Shown here: positions 18,416 through 26,942 of the stretch, piece after piece
Position numbering within the stretch: position 1 is the stretch's first letter
How the letters are laid out: each line of letters opens with the position of its first letter
Source: a virus
IMG/VR virus record: IMGVR_UViG_3300037869_000009
Location: 10,094-74,093 of that record
Length of the DNA: 64,000 bases
Direction: 5' to 3' (one strand)
The notes under the pieces: generated by a model
Seen by the model: the letters and a program-made list of their open reading frames with translations, nothing else
What the model was told of the DNA's origin: nothing
Database searches by the model: none
Position numbers and translations under genes: made by a program

Positions 18416-18736
18416 ATGACCATCACGAAGACCCACGACCAACGCACCGTATACGCAGCTGAAACTGAACTCCCGGCATGGGCCCGCGGGTGGACCCAAT
18501 GTGACAACACCGGCGCCAGCTACAGCACGTATCTCGCGGAAGCGGACCGCGAACACTCGAAGGCTGACCTGCTGCAGATTGAAGCGGAAGCCAAGGCATT
18601 GCGCACCCGCGCACAGTGCGAAGCTGCACTAGCGGAACTAGGAGTCCGGGCCGGTGGAACGTGCGCATCGATGCGGAATATGTACGTCATCGTGAAGTAT
18701 GCGGACCTGTGGCCCCTTCGACAGGTCAGCAAGTAA
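18416..18736 (+). CDS. Small early-type hypothetical protein
   Basis: 106 aa; GGAGAAACGAAG-ATG leader shared with the 19401 gene. Confidence 0.7.
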   Translation: MTITKTHDQRTVYAAETELPAWARGWTQCDNTGASYSTYLAEADREHSKADLLQIEAEAKALRTRAQCEAALAELGVRAGGTCASMRNMYVIVKYADLWPLRQVSK

Positions 18737-18791
18737 GCCGGATTCCGGGGGTCCCGAACTGGGACCCCTGCATCGTCTCTGCCTACACCGC

Positions 18792-18806
18792 GATAGCTTA
18801 GCTATC
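18792..18806. repeat. GATAGC-TTA-GCTATC inverted motif copy 3
   Basis: Exact 15-mer, intergenic. Confidence 0.85.
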
Positions 18807-18888
18807 TGGCCCATCGATCCGAAGCGCCGGAAGCTCTGGACAATCGTGCCAAATCTATTTTCGAAAATCGTCTTCCGACCCGTTGTTA

Positions 18889-18908
18889 GTATCCCAGTTC
18901 CGGGATAC
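18889..18908 (+). promoter_or_regulatory. Operator copy in promoter TTGTTA-17-TACTCT
   Basis: GTATCCCAGTTCCGGGATAC followed by inverted copy of the conserved leader TCTTTAGAAGTCGGGTC. Confidence 0.9.
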
Positions 18909-18945
18909 TCTTTAGAAGTCGGGTCAGCAACAAAGGTAAACGAAG

Positions 18946-19254
18946 ATGGCAAATCAAATGAGCGGTGTAGTGCAGCTGGGTGGGCATATCGATGTGGGCC
19001 AATGCGAAACACTTGGCAGTGGCCGGGTGGTGTGTGACCTGTGGGCCGATGTGATTCCGCACTGGGGTCTGAAGCCCGTAGCCGGCGCACGGTGGCGTGT
19101 TGCACTCCTGGGAGCGAACAGCGTGGAAGAACTCCGCATCGAAGCCCGCAAGCGCATCGATGAACTTCGCACGGCATGCGCCCACGGTTTGATTGTCAGC
19201 TACCGGGGCCCCGCGGACCGCTATTACAGCCGGTTCTACACCCGCGAAATCTGA
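18946..19254 (+). CDS. Small early-type hypothetical protein
   Basis: 102 aa after promoter cassette; GC hairpin at ~19263-19281 follows. Confidence 0.7.
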   Translation: MANQMSGVVQLGGHIDVGQCETLGSGRVVCDLWADVIPHWGLKPVAGARWRVALLGANSVEELRIEARKRIDELRTACAHGLIVSYRGPADRYYSRFYTREI

Positions 19255-19344
19255 AAACGGATCGGGGGCCCAACGGCCCCCCGTTTGGACGGCTTCCCGA
19301 AGTCTGGAAACTATCTTCGGGAATCGGTCCGAATGCACTGGTTA

Positions 19345-19364
19345 GTATCTCAGTTCCGAGATAC
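19345..19364 (+). promoter_or_regulatory. Operator copy (GTATCTCAGTTCCGAGATAC), -10 TACATT
   Basis: Consensus match upstream of 19401 gene. Confidence 0.85.
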
Positions 19365-19400
19365 ATTTATATTGTCAGGTAGCGGAACGGAGAAACGAAG

Positions 19401-19622
19401 ATGACCAGCAACGAAATCAAGGCACTTGCGGCGCGAACCTCGGAAACCACGAGCCTTAGCCTGGACCGTCTTCGCAACCTGGTCCGCACGGCCCGCGAAT
19501 GCGTCAAGTCCCACGGTTACAACCGCGAAGAAGCAGCCTACGAAATGGGATGTGTGGCCGGTTTCGAAGACAACAGCCAGTGCTGCAGCGCGGTCCAACG
19601 CCTGATGCTAGCTGCGATGTGA
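19401..19622 (+). CDS. Small early-type hypothetical protein
   Basis: 73 aa with strong RBS. Confidence 0.7.
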   Translation: MTSNEIKALAARTSETTSLSLDRLRNLVRTARECVKSHGYNREEAAYEMGCVAGFEDNSQCCSAVQRLMLAAM

Positions 19623-19677
19623 AGAGTCCCTGGGGGCCCCGGAAGGCCCCCAGTTGAGTCCGAAGGAAGGTAGTACG

Positions 19678-19932
19678 ATGTCCAGCAACGATTGCCCACG
19701 GGGGCGCCAGACGGCCCTAGATGCAGCGGAGTTTGTACGATTCGCCAGCGCCGGGTCCCTGTCCGGAACGCCCACCGTGGCGTACCTGGAAGCCTTGTAT
19801 CGCAAGGTGATCCAGTGGTCAGAGCTGGTGTCTGACCACCTCTTGATCGCACAGCAGCGCGAAGAACGGGAGCGCCACGGCCACAATCCGCCGATCACCC
19901 TCCCGGATTCCATGCGGGAGCCCAAAAGGTGA
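19678..19932 (+). CDS. Hypothetical protein
   Basis: ATG at 19678 with GAAGG RBS. Confidence 0.6.
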   Translation: MSSNDCPRGRQTALDAAEFVRFASAGSLSGTPTVAYLEALYRKVIQWSELVSDHLLIAQQREERERHGHNPPITLPDSMREPKR

Positions 19933-19962
19933 CAAACCCGTGCGATCGGGTATGCCCAGGTC

Positions 19963-20235
19963 ATGAGATACCGGATCACAGCGAAGGTCTGGGCATCGGC
20001 GTTGAATGCCCAGTCTGTGCGAACCTACCCGGTCCCACGTGGCTATGACAGCTGGGAAGCATTTGATGCCGCATGGGCACCGCAGTTTCCCGCTTCAGAG
20101 CTTGGAAACAACAATGAAATCCACGACTTAACAGACGGTCAGGTAATAGACTTGATCATACGCTGGGGACGGGCATCGATCGAAGAAGGTCCAGACGGAA
20201 TCCGTACCCTGTGCTTCGAAAATGACTACGATTGA
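19963..20235 (+). CDS. Hypothetical protein
   Basis: 90-aa ORF, last of the plus-strand cassette block. Confidence 0.65.
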   Translation: MRYRITAKVWASALNAQSVRTYPVPRGYDSWEAFDAAWAPQFPASELGNNNEIHDLTDGQVIDLIIRWGRASIEEGPDGIRTLCFENDYD

Positions 20236-20307
20236 TTGTAGGTGCGAGTGACCTGCACATAGGGCCCGCTTCGCCAGCGGGCCCGCGTGCGCGCGCTTTC
20301 TCGGACC

Positions 20308-20322
20308 AATAGCTAAGCTATC
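20308..20322. repeat. GATAGC-TTA-GCTATC motif copy 4 (inverted, 1 mismatch)
   Basis: AATAGCTAAGCTATC in the convergent intergenic gap. Confidence 0.7.
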
Positions 20323-20414
20323 GCCCCCGGAAGCCAGAAGGCTGCGCCAGCAGAGTTCAGATCTTCCGAGTTCAGGGGACTTCAGGTGCGGGCCACACCA
20401 CGATCGCCACCGCT

Positions 20415-20648
20415 TCAGCTTCGAGGCTTTCGTGGCGGTGGACGCGTTGGCGCGGCGCTTACGCGGGACTGGGGATCGGTCCATTTCGCATTCTCATTGT
20501 CGACACCGGCCAGGAACGCTTCCCGGGCCAGCGTCTCCAAGATCGTAAGCTCCCCAACGGATAGCGCATCCGGGCTGCAGTGGCGTTCCAGGGCCAGCCC
20601 GATACGGGCGTTGTGAAGCGCCCTGCGGGCCGCACGCGGGACGGTCAC
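20415..20648 (-). CDS. Hypothetical protein
   Basis: 77 aa, GTGA-coupled to upstream small ORF. Confidence 0.55.
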   Translation of the reverse strand: MTVPRAARRALHNARIGLALERHCSPDALSVGELTILETLAREAFLAGVDNENAKWTDPQSRVSAAPTRPPPRKPRS

Positions 20649-20785
20649 AGGACCAGGTCCAGGGTACGGGTAAGAAGCTGGGCAGCCCGCACGATGCCCA
20701 CAGCGCTGGCCAGGGCCGCGATCGTGAAGCCCATTGCCAGCACCGCGATCACTTCCAGGAACCCGAACAAGAGATCGAAGACCAC
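20645..20785 (-). CDS. Small membrane protein (46 aa), not in the ORF track
   Basis: Manual translation MVFDLLFGFLEVIAVLAMGFTIAALASAVGIVRAAQLLTRTLDLVL; fills gap with GTGA overlap. Confidence 0.5.
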   Translation of the reverse strand: MVFDLLFGFLEVIAVLAMGFTIAALASAVGIVRAAQLLTRTLDLVL

Positions 20786-20794
20786 GTGGGGAGT

Positions 20795-21583
20795 TTACAC
20801 CGCAGTGGCTTCGTGGATCTCAGACGCTGCCAGTGCTGCAGCTACTTCGGGATACAGGTCATCGGGCAACGGGTGCCCGGTGGCGATGTATCGAAACTGT
20901 TTGCCGTGGCGCTCGCTGCGAAGCCACGGATTCGGTGCGTAGACCCAGCGCTGAATCGACACGTGGGCCCGCTCGAAGTCAGCCCTGGTGAGGTAGCCCC
21001 GGATCCGTAGCGTTCGGCACAGCTTCACTGCTGCAATCTTCCACGGGGTCAACTGGCGCGGCCCCGATGCGCCACCACTCATACCGTGGACTTCGAAGTC
21101 CGGAACCCATTCACGTTCGCTGTGCTCCCACCGTGGCGCCAGTTCGATCAACTCCCTGACCGGGAACTCCACAGGCCGTGGACGGTAGTCCCCATAGGAC
21201 CGAAGCATCGGCTTCCAATACACCCAGTCCGTTCCCGCGATGACCAGCAATCGGAGCTCACGCGCGATGCTGCACCAGGCCGAACTCTGGAGGTGGTCCG
21301 CCACCAACACGGCATGGACGTCCGGCCCGCGCTTGCTGAAGTCGGATGGACGCAAGGCTTGAAGCAATACTTCCGGATTCGCTTTCAACTTCGCTTGGAC
21401 TCCAACTTGTAGACCGGTCCCAGCATCCACCAGCAACAGATCCCAGCCGCTGCACTCCGGATAGACGCGATAGCCGAACGTCCGGGCCAGGGCCGTGAAC
21501 TCATCACAAAGCGCACTTTCCGTGGGGAAGCGTCGTTCAACTGCTGATAATCGTTCGCGTTTTCGCTTTACAGTCTGGCGCAC
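20795..21583 (-). CDS. Putative PD-(D/E)xK-fold nuclease-like protein
   Basis: E...YPE...WDLLLV...GVQAKL pattern (D...Q-x-K). Confidence 0.5.
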   Translation of the reverse strand: MRQTVKRKRERLSAVERRFPTESALCDEFTALARTFGYRVYPECSGWDLLLVDAGTGLQVGVQAKLKANPEVLLQALRPSDFSKRGPDVHAVLVADHLQSSAWCSIARELRLLVIAGTDWVYWKPMLRSYGDYRPRPVEFPVRELIELAPRWEHSEREWVPDFEVHGMSGGASGPRQLTPWKIAAVKLCRTLRIRGYLTRADFERAHVSIQRWVYAPNPWLRSERHGKQFRYIATGHPLPDDLYPEVAAALAASEIHEATAV

Positions 21584-21684
21584 GCCGATGACCCCCCAAT
21601 AAAAATCACTTGATCACTCACGCTCTTTCGATGCAGAACCCCGGCCACGACTCCCATAGGTATCTGTAGAAAGGGGTCCCGTAG

Positions 21685-22077
21685 ATGAGCATTGAATCAG
21701 AACGGCTGTTGACTGAAGCCGATATCGCGAAGCTGTGCAGTGTGGGCCGAAGCAAAGCCTACCAGATCATGAAGTCGATTCCGGATCACGTAGTCATCGG
21801 CACGGGTCCACGTCCAATGCTGCGGGTGCCGATGTGGGGTTTTCAACGTTGGACTGAAGCAGGCGGAGACAAGTCAGCATGCGAAAACTACTCAGAGTCA
21901 AAGGCAGCCCATATTGGTATTGCGAAGGACGAAACTGGAACGGAGATCCATACCGCCGCACTACCAAACAAACGGATGAAACCAAGGCCCGCGAAGTTGC
22001 CGAACGAATCGCAGCCGAAGAATCTCTTCCCACGCCTGATTACTACTCGCTCTATGACGCGTGCGCAGCGCTCCTAG
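21685..22077 (+). CDS. Excisionase-like HTH protein
   Basis: LLTEADIAKLCSVGRSKAYQIM...LRVP..GF.RW, directly upstream of and overlapping the integrase. Confidence 0.75.
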   Translation: MSIESERLLTEADIAKLCSVGRSKAYQIMKSIPDHVVIGTGPRPMLRVPMWGFQRWTEAGGDKSACENYSESKAAHIGIAKDETGTEIHTAALPNKRMKPRPAKLPNESQPKNLFPRLITTRSMTRAQRS

Positions 22078-22991
22078 TGGACAAGCAAGAATGTCGCGCA
22101 AGTGCAGCATCGATCCAGATTGTCACTGACAAGCTGACCCGAGTCATGCAGCACTTCGGGCCACAACGTGACACCCAAACACTTACGGACGATGACATCA
22201 AAGAATACATCATTGCCCGTCGTAAACACGTCTACAGGGGAAGGCCCATCAGCGATGCCACGATCCGGAAAGAGATCGGAAGGTTGTTCGAAGCGCTGCG
22301 ATTCGCGAAGCGAAAGAAGAAGTGGGCCGGTGAAATCGAGCAACTGCGAATGCCAAGGATGTTGGCACCGGATCAACCGAAGAAGCGTTATCTTCGCGAA
22401 GCGGAATACATAGCGATTCTTGAGCACATCCCGATCAAGCGCCGGGACTACATCGTGATGTGGTGCCACACCGGGGCGCGTTACAGTGAGCTGTTTCGCA
22501 TCGAAGCACAGCACATCGACGAATCGGATCCCAGCAAACCCCGTGTGTACTTGACCGGACGAAAGGGCCGGGTGGAATACAAAGAACGTTGGGTCCCTTT
22601 GTCCGCTGATGCGCTCGAAATCGTGACTGAACGTGCAAAACGCTTCCCCACAGGCCCACTGTTCCCAGACCTGTGGCACAACACGCACGTTCGGAAAGCG
22701 CTGGCCAAAGCTTGTCAACGCGTTGGTGTTCCGCCCTGTAGTCCCAACGATCTGCGCCGCACGTTCGCAACCTGGTATGGGCGCGTTGGGAAGAAGGAAG
22801 ACTTGAAAGCGATGATGGGCCACAGCCCATCATCGAAGCTGGTGGATCACGTCTATCGCCAGCTCCATGCGGACACCGGTTATGAACAGATTCAAGGGTT
22901 CCCGGCACGGCCCCCAATGGGACCACCGCCCTATCAGTACCGGCGCAGAAATCCGATCAATCCGGGGGACGGCGCTTCATTGGGCGCATGA
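21879..22991 (+). CDS. int: Tyrosine integrase
   Basis: HTGARYSE (R), GRKGR (K), NDLRRTFATW (x-x-x-R), MMGHS (H), HVY (Y); N-terminal arm-binding-like region. Confidence 0.9.
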   Translation: MRKLLRVKGSPYWYCEGRNWNGDPYRRTTKQTDETKAREVAERIAAEESLPTPDYYSLYDACAALLVDKQECRASAASIQIVTDKLTRVMQHFGPQRDTQTLTDDDIKEYIIARRKHVYRGRPISDATIRKEIGRLFEALRFAKRKKKWAGEIEQLRMPRMLAPDQPKKRYLREAEYIAILEHIPIKRRDYIVMWCHTGARYSELFRIEAQHIDESDPSKPRVYLTGRKGRVEYKERWVPLSADALEIVTERAKRFPTGPLFPDLWHNTHVRKALAKACQRVGVPPCSPNDLRRTFATWYGRVGKKEDLKAMMGHSPSSKLVDHVYRQLHADTGYEQIQGFPARPPMGPPPYQYRRRNPINPGDGASLGA

Positions 22992-23052
22992 TCAGCCACC
23001 ACATGAAAGCGATGTAGATCACCAACCCGATTTCTTCAGCGTCCATTTCGTA

Positions 23053-23089
23053 AAAGGGCCAGTCACTTGTCCAAGGTGACTGGCCCTTT
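23053..23089. terminator. Probable bidirectional intrinsic terminator
   Basis: 14-bp stem AAAGGGCCAGTCAC/GTGACTGGCCCTTT between convergent genes. Confidence 0.75.
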
Positions 23090-23168
23090 CCCTATCGCCA
23101 ATGAGTTCCGCAGGCAGAAACCACTATCCGTGTCAGCCACCGCAGAATACCCGGGGTCCATTGCGAAG

Positions 23169-23405
23169 TCATCCGCGTTCCACCTGATAAAGGGACCTGC
23201 AATCCGGGCACGTGTTTTCCCGCAGGTAGGTGGCTGACATGGGCGCTAGCAAGTCCCAGCCGCGCCGTGGTTTGACCCGTTTACAAAGCGATGCGGTATC
23301 GATGCCACCACCAGGTTTGTGGCCTTCCGCGGTCAGCTTGCGAATATGCCACTTGCCACTGGGTGGCTGGGCTTCACAGAAGCTGAACTCAATGGTGGGG
23401 GTCAT
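23169..23405 (-). CDS. Hypothetical Cys/His protein
   Basis: 78 aa, WH...SLC...CPDC. Confidence 0.65.
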   Translation of the reverse strand: MTPTIEFSFCEAQPPSGKWHIRKLTAEGHKPGGGIDTASLCKRVKPRRGWDLLAPMSATYLRENTCPDCRSLYQVERG

Positions 23406-23794
23406 CGTTTGCGCAGAGGGTGTAACTCCACGTAATAGTCCTGTTGCGTGAGTTCAGCAACGTATTGGCGAACCGCTGCAGCCAGCAACACGTCCGGTTT
23501 GTAACCCAAGCATTCGGACCACTTCACAGCCCTTTCAAGAGTCAACTTCTGTTGCCCCGATTCGATCACGTGATAGTTCGATGCATGATGCACACCTAGC
23601 AGTGACGCAAACCGCTTCTTCTTCAATCCACTTTTGCGGCGCAACGCTCGCAACATCGACGGTACGGGCAACTTCGGATCAACGGGCGGATGTGTTCGTG
23701 GCGGTGTCCGAGGCTGAAGCGTGATGCACGGATGTTCCACAGAACCCGGGCTGGGATCTTTCAAAACGCGTTCTTCAATGGGGCCGCGCATCAT
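23402..23794 (-). CDS. XRE-family HTH regulator
   Basis: LRALRRKSGLKKKRFASLLGV...YHVIESGQQKLTLERAVKWSECLG. Confidence 0.75.
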   Translation of the reverse strand: MMRGPIEERVLKDPSPGSVEHPCITLQPRTPPRTHPPVDPKLPVPSMLRALRRKSGLKKKRFASLLGVHHASNYHVIESGQQKLTLERAVKWSECLGYKPDVLLAAAVRQYVAELTQQDYYVELHPLRKR

Positions 23795-23797
23795 ATT

Positions 23798-24298
23798 TCA
23801 ACCTCGATCACGTTGTTCTACGAACGCCGCATATTCATCCGCCGTCATCCCTAACCATTCATGAAGTTCCATGTTGTTGCTGGGATCCGATTCATGCCAC
23901 GCATCAATCGCATCATCGATGTCTTCGGGTGCCACCTTTTGGAGCCACGTAAACATGGACCCCGCTTCAGCGAAGCGTTCAACATGCGGACCGCGATGAT
24001 CGGGATGCAACTTGCAAACAAACGTGACCCTAGCGATCAACGTGGGTGGCACCTTGGGACGTGGAATCAACACGATGCCATTGATGTCATCATCACGAAG
24101 TCCGGGAGTTCGCATCACAGTCCCACGATTGTTGATTTCGAACCCGACATTGATCCCGGGAATCGTCGCTTCAACTTCGGCACCGCAGATGGTGCGATCA
24201 TCAGTTCGCGCTGGTTTTGACACGGTTCCCGATCCCCAGTGATTCAAGCCAGCAGTCCAGGTACCAGTACAACCACTCCCACAGGTAATGTTCTTCAA
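23798..24298 (-). CDS. Hypothetical protein
   Basis: 166 aa; C-terminal LHEWLGMTADEYAAFV motif. Confidence 0.65.
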   Translation of the reverse strand: MKNITCGSGCTGTWTAGLNHWGSGTVSKPARTDDRTICGAEVEATIPGINVGFEINNRGTVMRTPGLRDDDINGIVLIPRPKVPPTLIARVTFVCKLHPDHRGPHVERFAEAGSMFTWLQKVAPEDIDDAIDAWHESDPSNNMELHEWLGMTADEYAAFVEQRDRG

Positions 24299-24343
24299 GC
24301 CCTTCAGACAGCAGTAGCGGTGGTGACACTGTTTGCGTAACTG

Positions 24344-24730
24344 TCATCTGCGCCCACCAATGTGTTGCAACAAACAGTCCAGATGCCAAGAGCTTGGATA
24401 CTCGCTTTCTCCCATGGCGGTGATGCGCAGTCCCTGGGACTCCACGTCAAAACCTTTTATGCAGCGAATGCATCGATCATCAGCCTTCGGCCTAGCGGTG
24501 TGATGATCACGATCACAGATCGGCGCTTTCCAACTGGGTCCAAACCACTTCACGGTTTGTGACGTCAGCAACATCCGCGCTTCCATGCGTTGCAAGTTGA
24601 TGATGTAGCGCGACAGCGCGTAACGCGTGGCGCACCACAGGAGTAATCCGCCTGCGAACAGGCCCGCGAAGAACCAACCCGACAGTTGGATATACGTGAT
24701 CGTTGACGTGCATGTAAATGCAGCTGTCAT
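24344..24730 (-). CDS. Membrane-anchored Cys-containing hypothetical protein
   Basis: One hydrophobic segment plus CxxC. Confidence 0.55.
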   Translation of the reverse strand: MTAAFTCTSTITYIQLSGWFFAGLFAGGLLLWCATRYALSRYIINLQRMEARMLLTSQTVKWFGPSWKAPICDRDHHTARPKADDRCIRCIKGFDVESQGLRITAMGESEYPSSWHLDCLLQHIGGRR

Positions 24731-24827
24731 CGCTGCGCCCCATCAGATGCAGCAGCGTTCCCAAGTTCAGTGATCTTCGCCCATGTTGCGGGATCATCGA
24801 ACTTCGCAGCGATGCCAGATGTCATCG

Positions 24828-25040
24828 TCATAGTTCGGACCCGTGAACGCGACAATCACCCGAAATGAACCAACCCCAGCGCGTCCCATCGCCACCACGT
24901 CCGCGTCCATAATGGTTATCGATGACAGCGCAACTGCATCCCTGTTCCCGAGCTTCGATGCTACCGGGAGCCAACACGGGTTCGAAGTCGTGGCCCACGG
25001 GGTGCACATGGCTGCTGTGCCCGCAGATCTTGCACTTCAT
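24828..25040 (-). CDS. Conserved small Cys-rich phage protein
   Basis: PGS.EA..QGCSC.V.DN..GRG...FIS..C.VH motif. Confidence 0.7.
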   Translation of the reverse strand: MKCKICGHSSHVHPVGHDFEPVLAPGSIEAREQGCSCAVIDNHYGRGRGGDGTRWGWFISGDCRVHGSEL

Positions 25041-25444
25041 GGTGCGCCCCGTTCATCCGCGATCCGGATGCTATCGTCTGCTGCCTGCAGCAATGCAGCA
25101 TCGCTACGGGTGTCTTCCGGTGGAACGATGGCGAAGATACGGGCGCCCGATGCCAACTCATGCGGTGGGTTCCCAATCAACGGGACCAGAAACGTGGGTT
25201 CCCCCAGCGTGGACGTTACCGCTTCACCTGGGACCCGTTGGTGAACCACGGGGGCCCGCAGTCCCCATGCCGTGATGATGTCGAGATCGGCGCGCACCGC
25301 GGGGCGCAGCAACTCCGTTCCCGCGGGTGGAACCCTGAAGTGCAGCGTGACGATGCGCCACAACCCGAAGGCCGGAATCACAGCCGCTGGGCAGATGTCC
25401 GGTTCCGATTCCGACGTCAGATATTTTGCCCGGCGCCTAACCAC
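25037..25444 (-). CDS. Hypothetical protein
   Basis: GTG at 25444 coupled to the upstream stop; track start 25636 overlaps another gene. Confidence 0.5.
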   Translation of the reverse strand: MVRRRAKYLTSESEPDICPAAVIPAFGLWRIVTLHFRVPPAGTELLRPAVRADLDIITAWGLRAPVVHQRVPGEAVTSTLGEPTFLVPLIGNPPHELASGARIFAIVPPEDTRSDAALLQAADDSIRIADERGAP

Positions 25445-25707
25445 TAGTGACTTTCTGCCTTCCCGCAGACAGCACAGCCCCCACAGCTGGGCATCGCTGA
25501 ACCCCAATCCATCGTGATGTAAGCCACATTGCAGCTGTGGCGATTGCACCAGATCTGCAGCCCGTGAGCGGTGCGAATCACTGCCAGCCGCGCAAACTCT
25601 TCCATGGATCGTGACGGCGGTTTTTCGGCCCCGCATCTAGCGCAGTGCAGATACATGCCACGCTGGTCCAACGGAACGCTGGAACGGCCATCGATCTGCG
25701 CGGTCAT
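25444..25707 (-). CDS. Conserved Cys-rich phage protein
   Basis: LHCARC.AE.P...EFARL.V..T.HGLQIWC.RH..NV motif; ATG at 25707. Confidence 0.7.
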   Translation of the reverse strand: MTAQIDGRSSVPLDQRGMYLHCARCGAEKPPSRSMEEFARLAVIRTAHGLQIWCNRHSCNVAYITMDWGSAMPSCGGCAVCGKAESH

Positions 25708-25985
25708 GGCACTTTGTCCTTCGTGGTCAGAATGCCCTGGTAGTTCGGCACCGGTTCCGGGGTGGTGATCCAGACGTCGCCATGTTGCTGCAGCGCCATC
25801 ATGATCGTGAGTGGTGATTCTAGTTCCAGATGTCCGGTGGTCCTGAACTCGAAGCCCTGTTTCAAAGCGGCGCAGCACGCGCTTTCATAGAGCTGCAGCG
25901 CTTCCTTGATCTTGACCAGTAGTTCAGGGGCCGCAACATCGGGCCCGCAGGCATGAAGCAAACGAAGTTTCAACGGTTCGATCAT
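25704..25985 (-). CDS. Hypothetical protein
   Basis: 93 aa, ATGA-coupled. Confidence 0.6.
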   Translation of the reverse strand: MIEPLKLRLLHACGPDVAAPELLVKIKEALQLYESACCAALKQGFEFRTTGHLELESPLTIMMALQQHGDVWITTPEPVPNYQGILTTKDKVP

Positions 25986-26326
25986 GGCCGAACTTCCCCC
26001 ATCATGATCGCCATCGCCCGCAGCAGCGCAGGTGGTGGGGACTCCGGTCTGATCACGATCATCACGGTTTCGTAAAGCGCATCGCGGTCCGCTTCGGCAC
26101 GCATCAGATACGAATCCAGGGCACCGCGTTCTTCGGCATTCACGGATTGGTCATCGATGCGGGCCGTCATTTCATCCAGCGTGTTCACAAACACCGTGGC
26201 TGCCAGCTTCGTAGCCGTGAAGTCTTCCATGGGTTCCCGCGGGAAGGACTCCAGGAGTCTGGCCCCAATGGCCTGTGCACAGAGTCCGCGCCCCACGGCC
26301 AAGCGCCGTGTCAGACCCTTGGTCAT
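25982..26326 (-). CDS. Hypothetical protein
   Basis: ATG at 26326, ATGA-coupled. Confidence 0.6.
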   Translation of the reverse strand: MTKGLTRRLAVGRGLCAQAIGARLLESFPREPMEDFTATKLAATVFVNTLDEMTARIDDQSVNAEERGALDSYLMRAEADRDALYETVMIVIRPESPPPALLRAMAIMMGEVRP

Positions 26327-26670
26327 TTGGACCCCCTGGGAAGCGTTTGCTCGAAGTGCTCCCACTGCGGGCCCACGGTCCTGAAGTCCTTGAAGCGCCC
26401 GTCCCGGGCCAGCAGGCGCAGCGCCAGATTGTTGCCGGGTCCGAGCTGGTTCAGCACCCAGCCCACGCATGGGTATTCGGCACCGACAGGGCTTTCGTGG
26501 CATGCCATGGCGCGCAGTTCCCCGGGCAGCAGCGCGCCTATGGCCCCCGGTTCCGCAATGGTGCAGCGCAATGCTTCATGCTTTTCAGCATCGTAGCCCC
26601 CGGGGATGTCGCGTTCCGGAACCACGCTACGCTTCCAGGGACACGCTTTGCATTGCACGTTGCGGTTCAT
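26323..26670 (-). CDS. DUF6283-like protein
   Basis: CKACPWK...MACH...CVGW motif. Confidence 0.7.
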   Translation of the reverse strand: MNRNVQCKACPWKRSVVPERDIPGGYDAEKHEALRCTIAEPGAIGALLPGELRAMACHESPVGAEYPCVGWVLNQLGPGNNLALRLLARDGRFKDFRTVGPQWEHFEQTLPRGSK

Positions 26671-26942
26671 GCCTGCGGATCTCCAGGGGGGTCTTTCCAA
26701 TCCAGCACAGCTTTACGTTTCACGAGCTCGTGAAATACGTCCTGCATGGTGTCCGGGGGCACCGTGGCGGATGCCCCGATTGCAAGTTGACCATCTGGCA
26801 TTCTAGAAAAGCAGACGACAGCGACTCCACAGGGCAACGATGGCGTGGGTCCTGTACCTTCCAAAAGTTCGATAAACTTCGCTGCTAGATCCCCCAGGAG
26901 TGCTGAAGGTTTGTGGATTTCGTTGGGGTCCTTCATCGTCAT
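26667..26942 (-). CDS. Hypothetical protein
   Basis: 91 aa, ATGA-coupled. Confidence 0.6.
   Translation of the reverse strand: MTMKDPNEIHKPSALLGDLAAKFIELLEGTGPTPSLPCGVAVVCFSRMPDGQLAIGASATVPPDTMQDVFHELVKRKAVLDWKDPPGDPQA

Noticed and set aside
14101-19364. CRISPR array interpretation of the 20-bp repeats
   Set aside because: Spacing is irregular (90-1000 bp), repeats sit in promoters between genes, and no cas genes are present
19950-19971. Eleventh operator copy GTATGCCCAGGTCATGAGATAC
   Set aside because: Needs two insertions relative to the strict 20-bp spacing and overlaps a start codon; may be chance
22860-22991. attP inside the integrase 3' end (Mx8-like)
   Set aside because: The Pro-rich tail is suggestive but no tRNA-like or repeated core sequence is visible there
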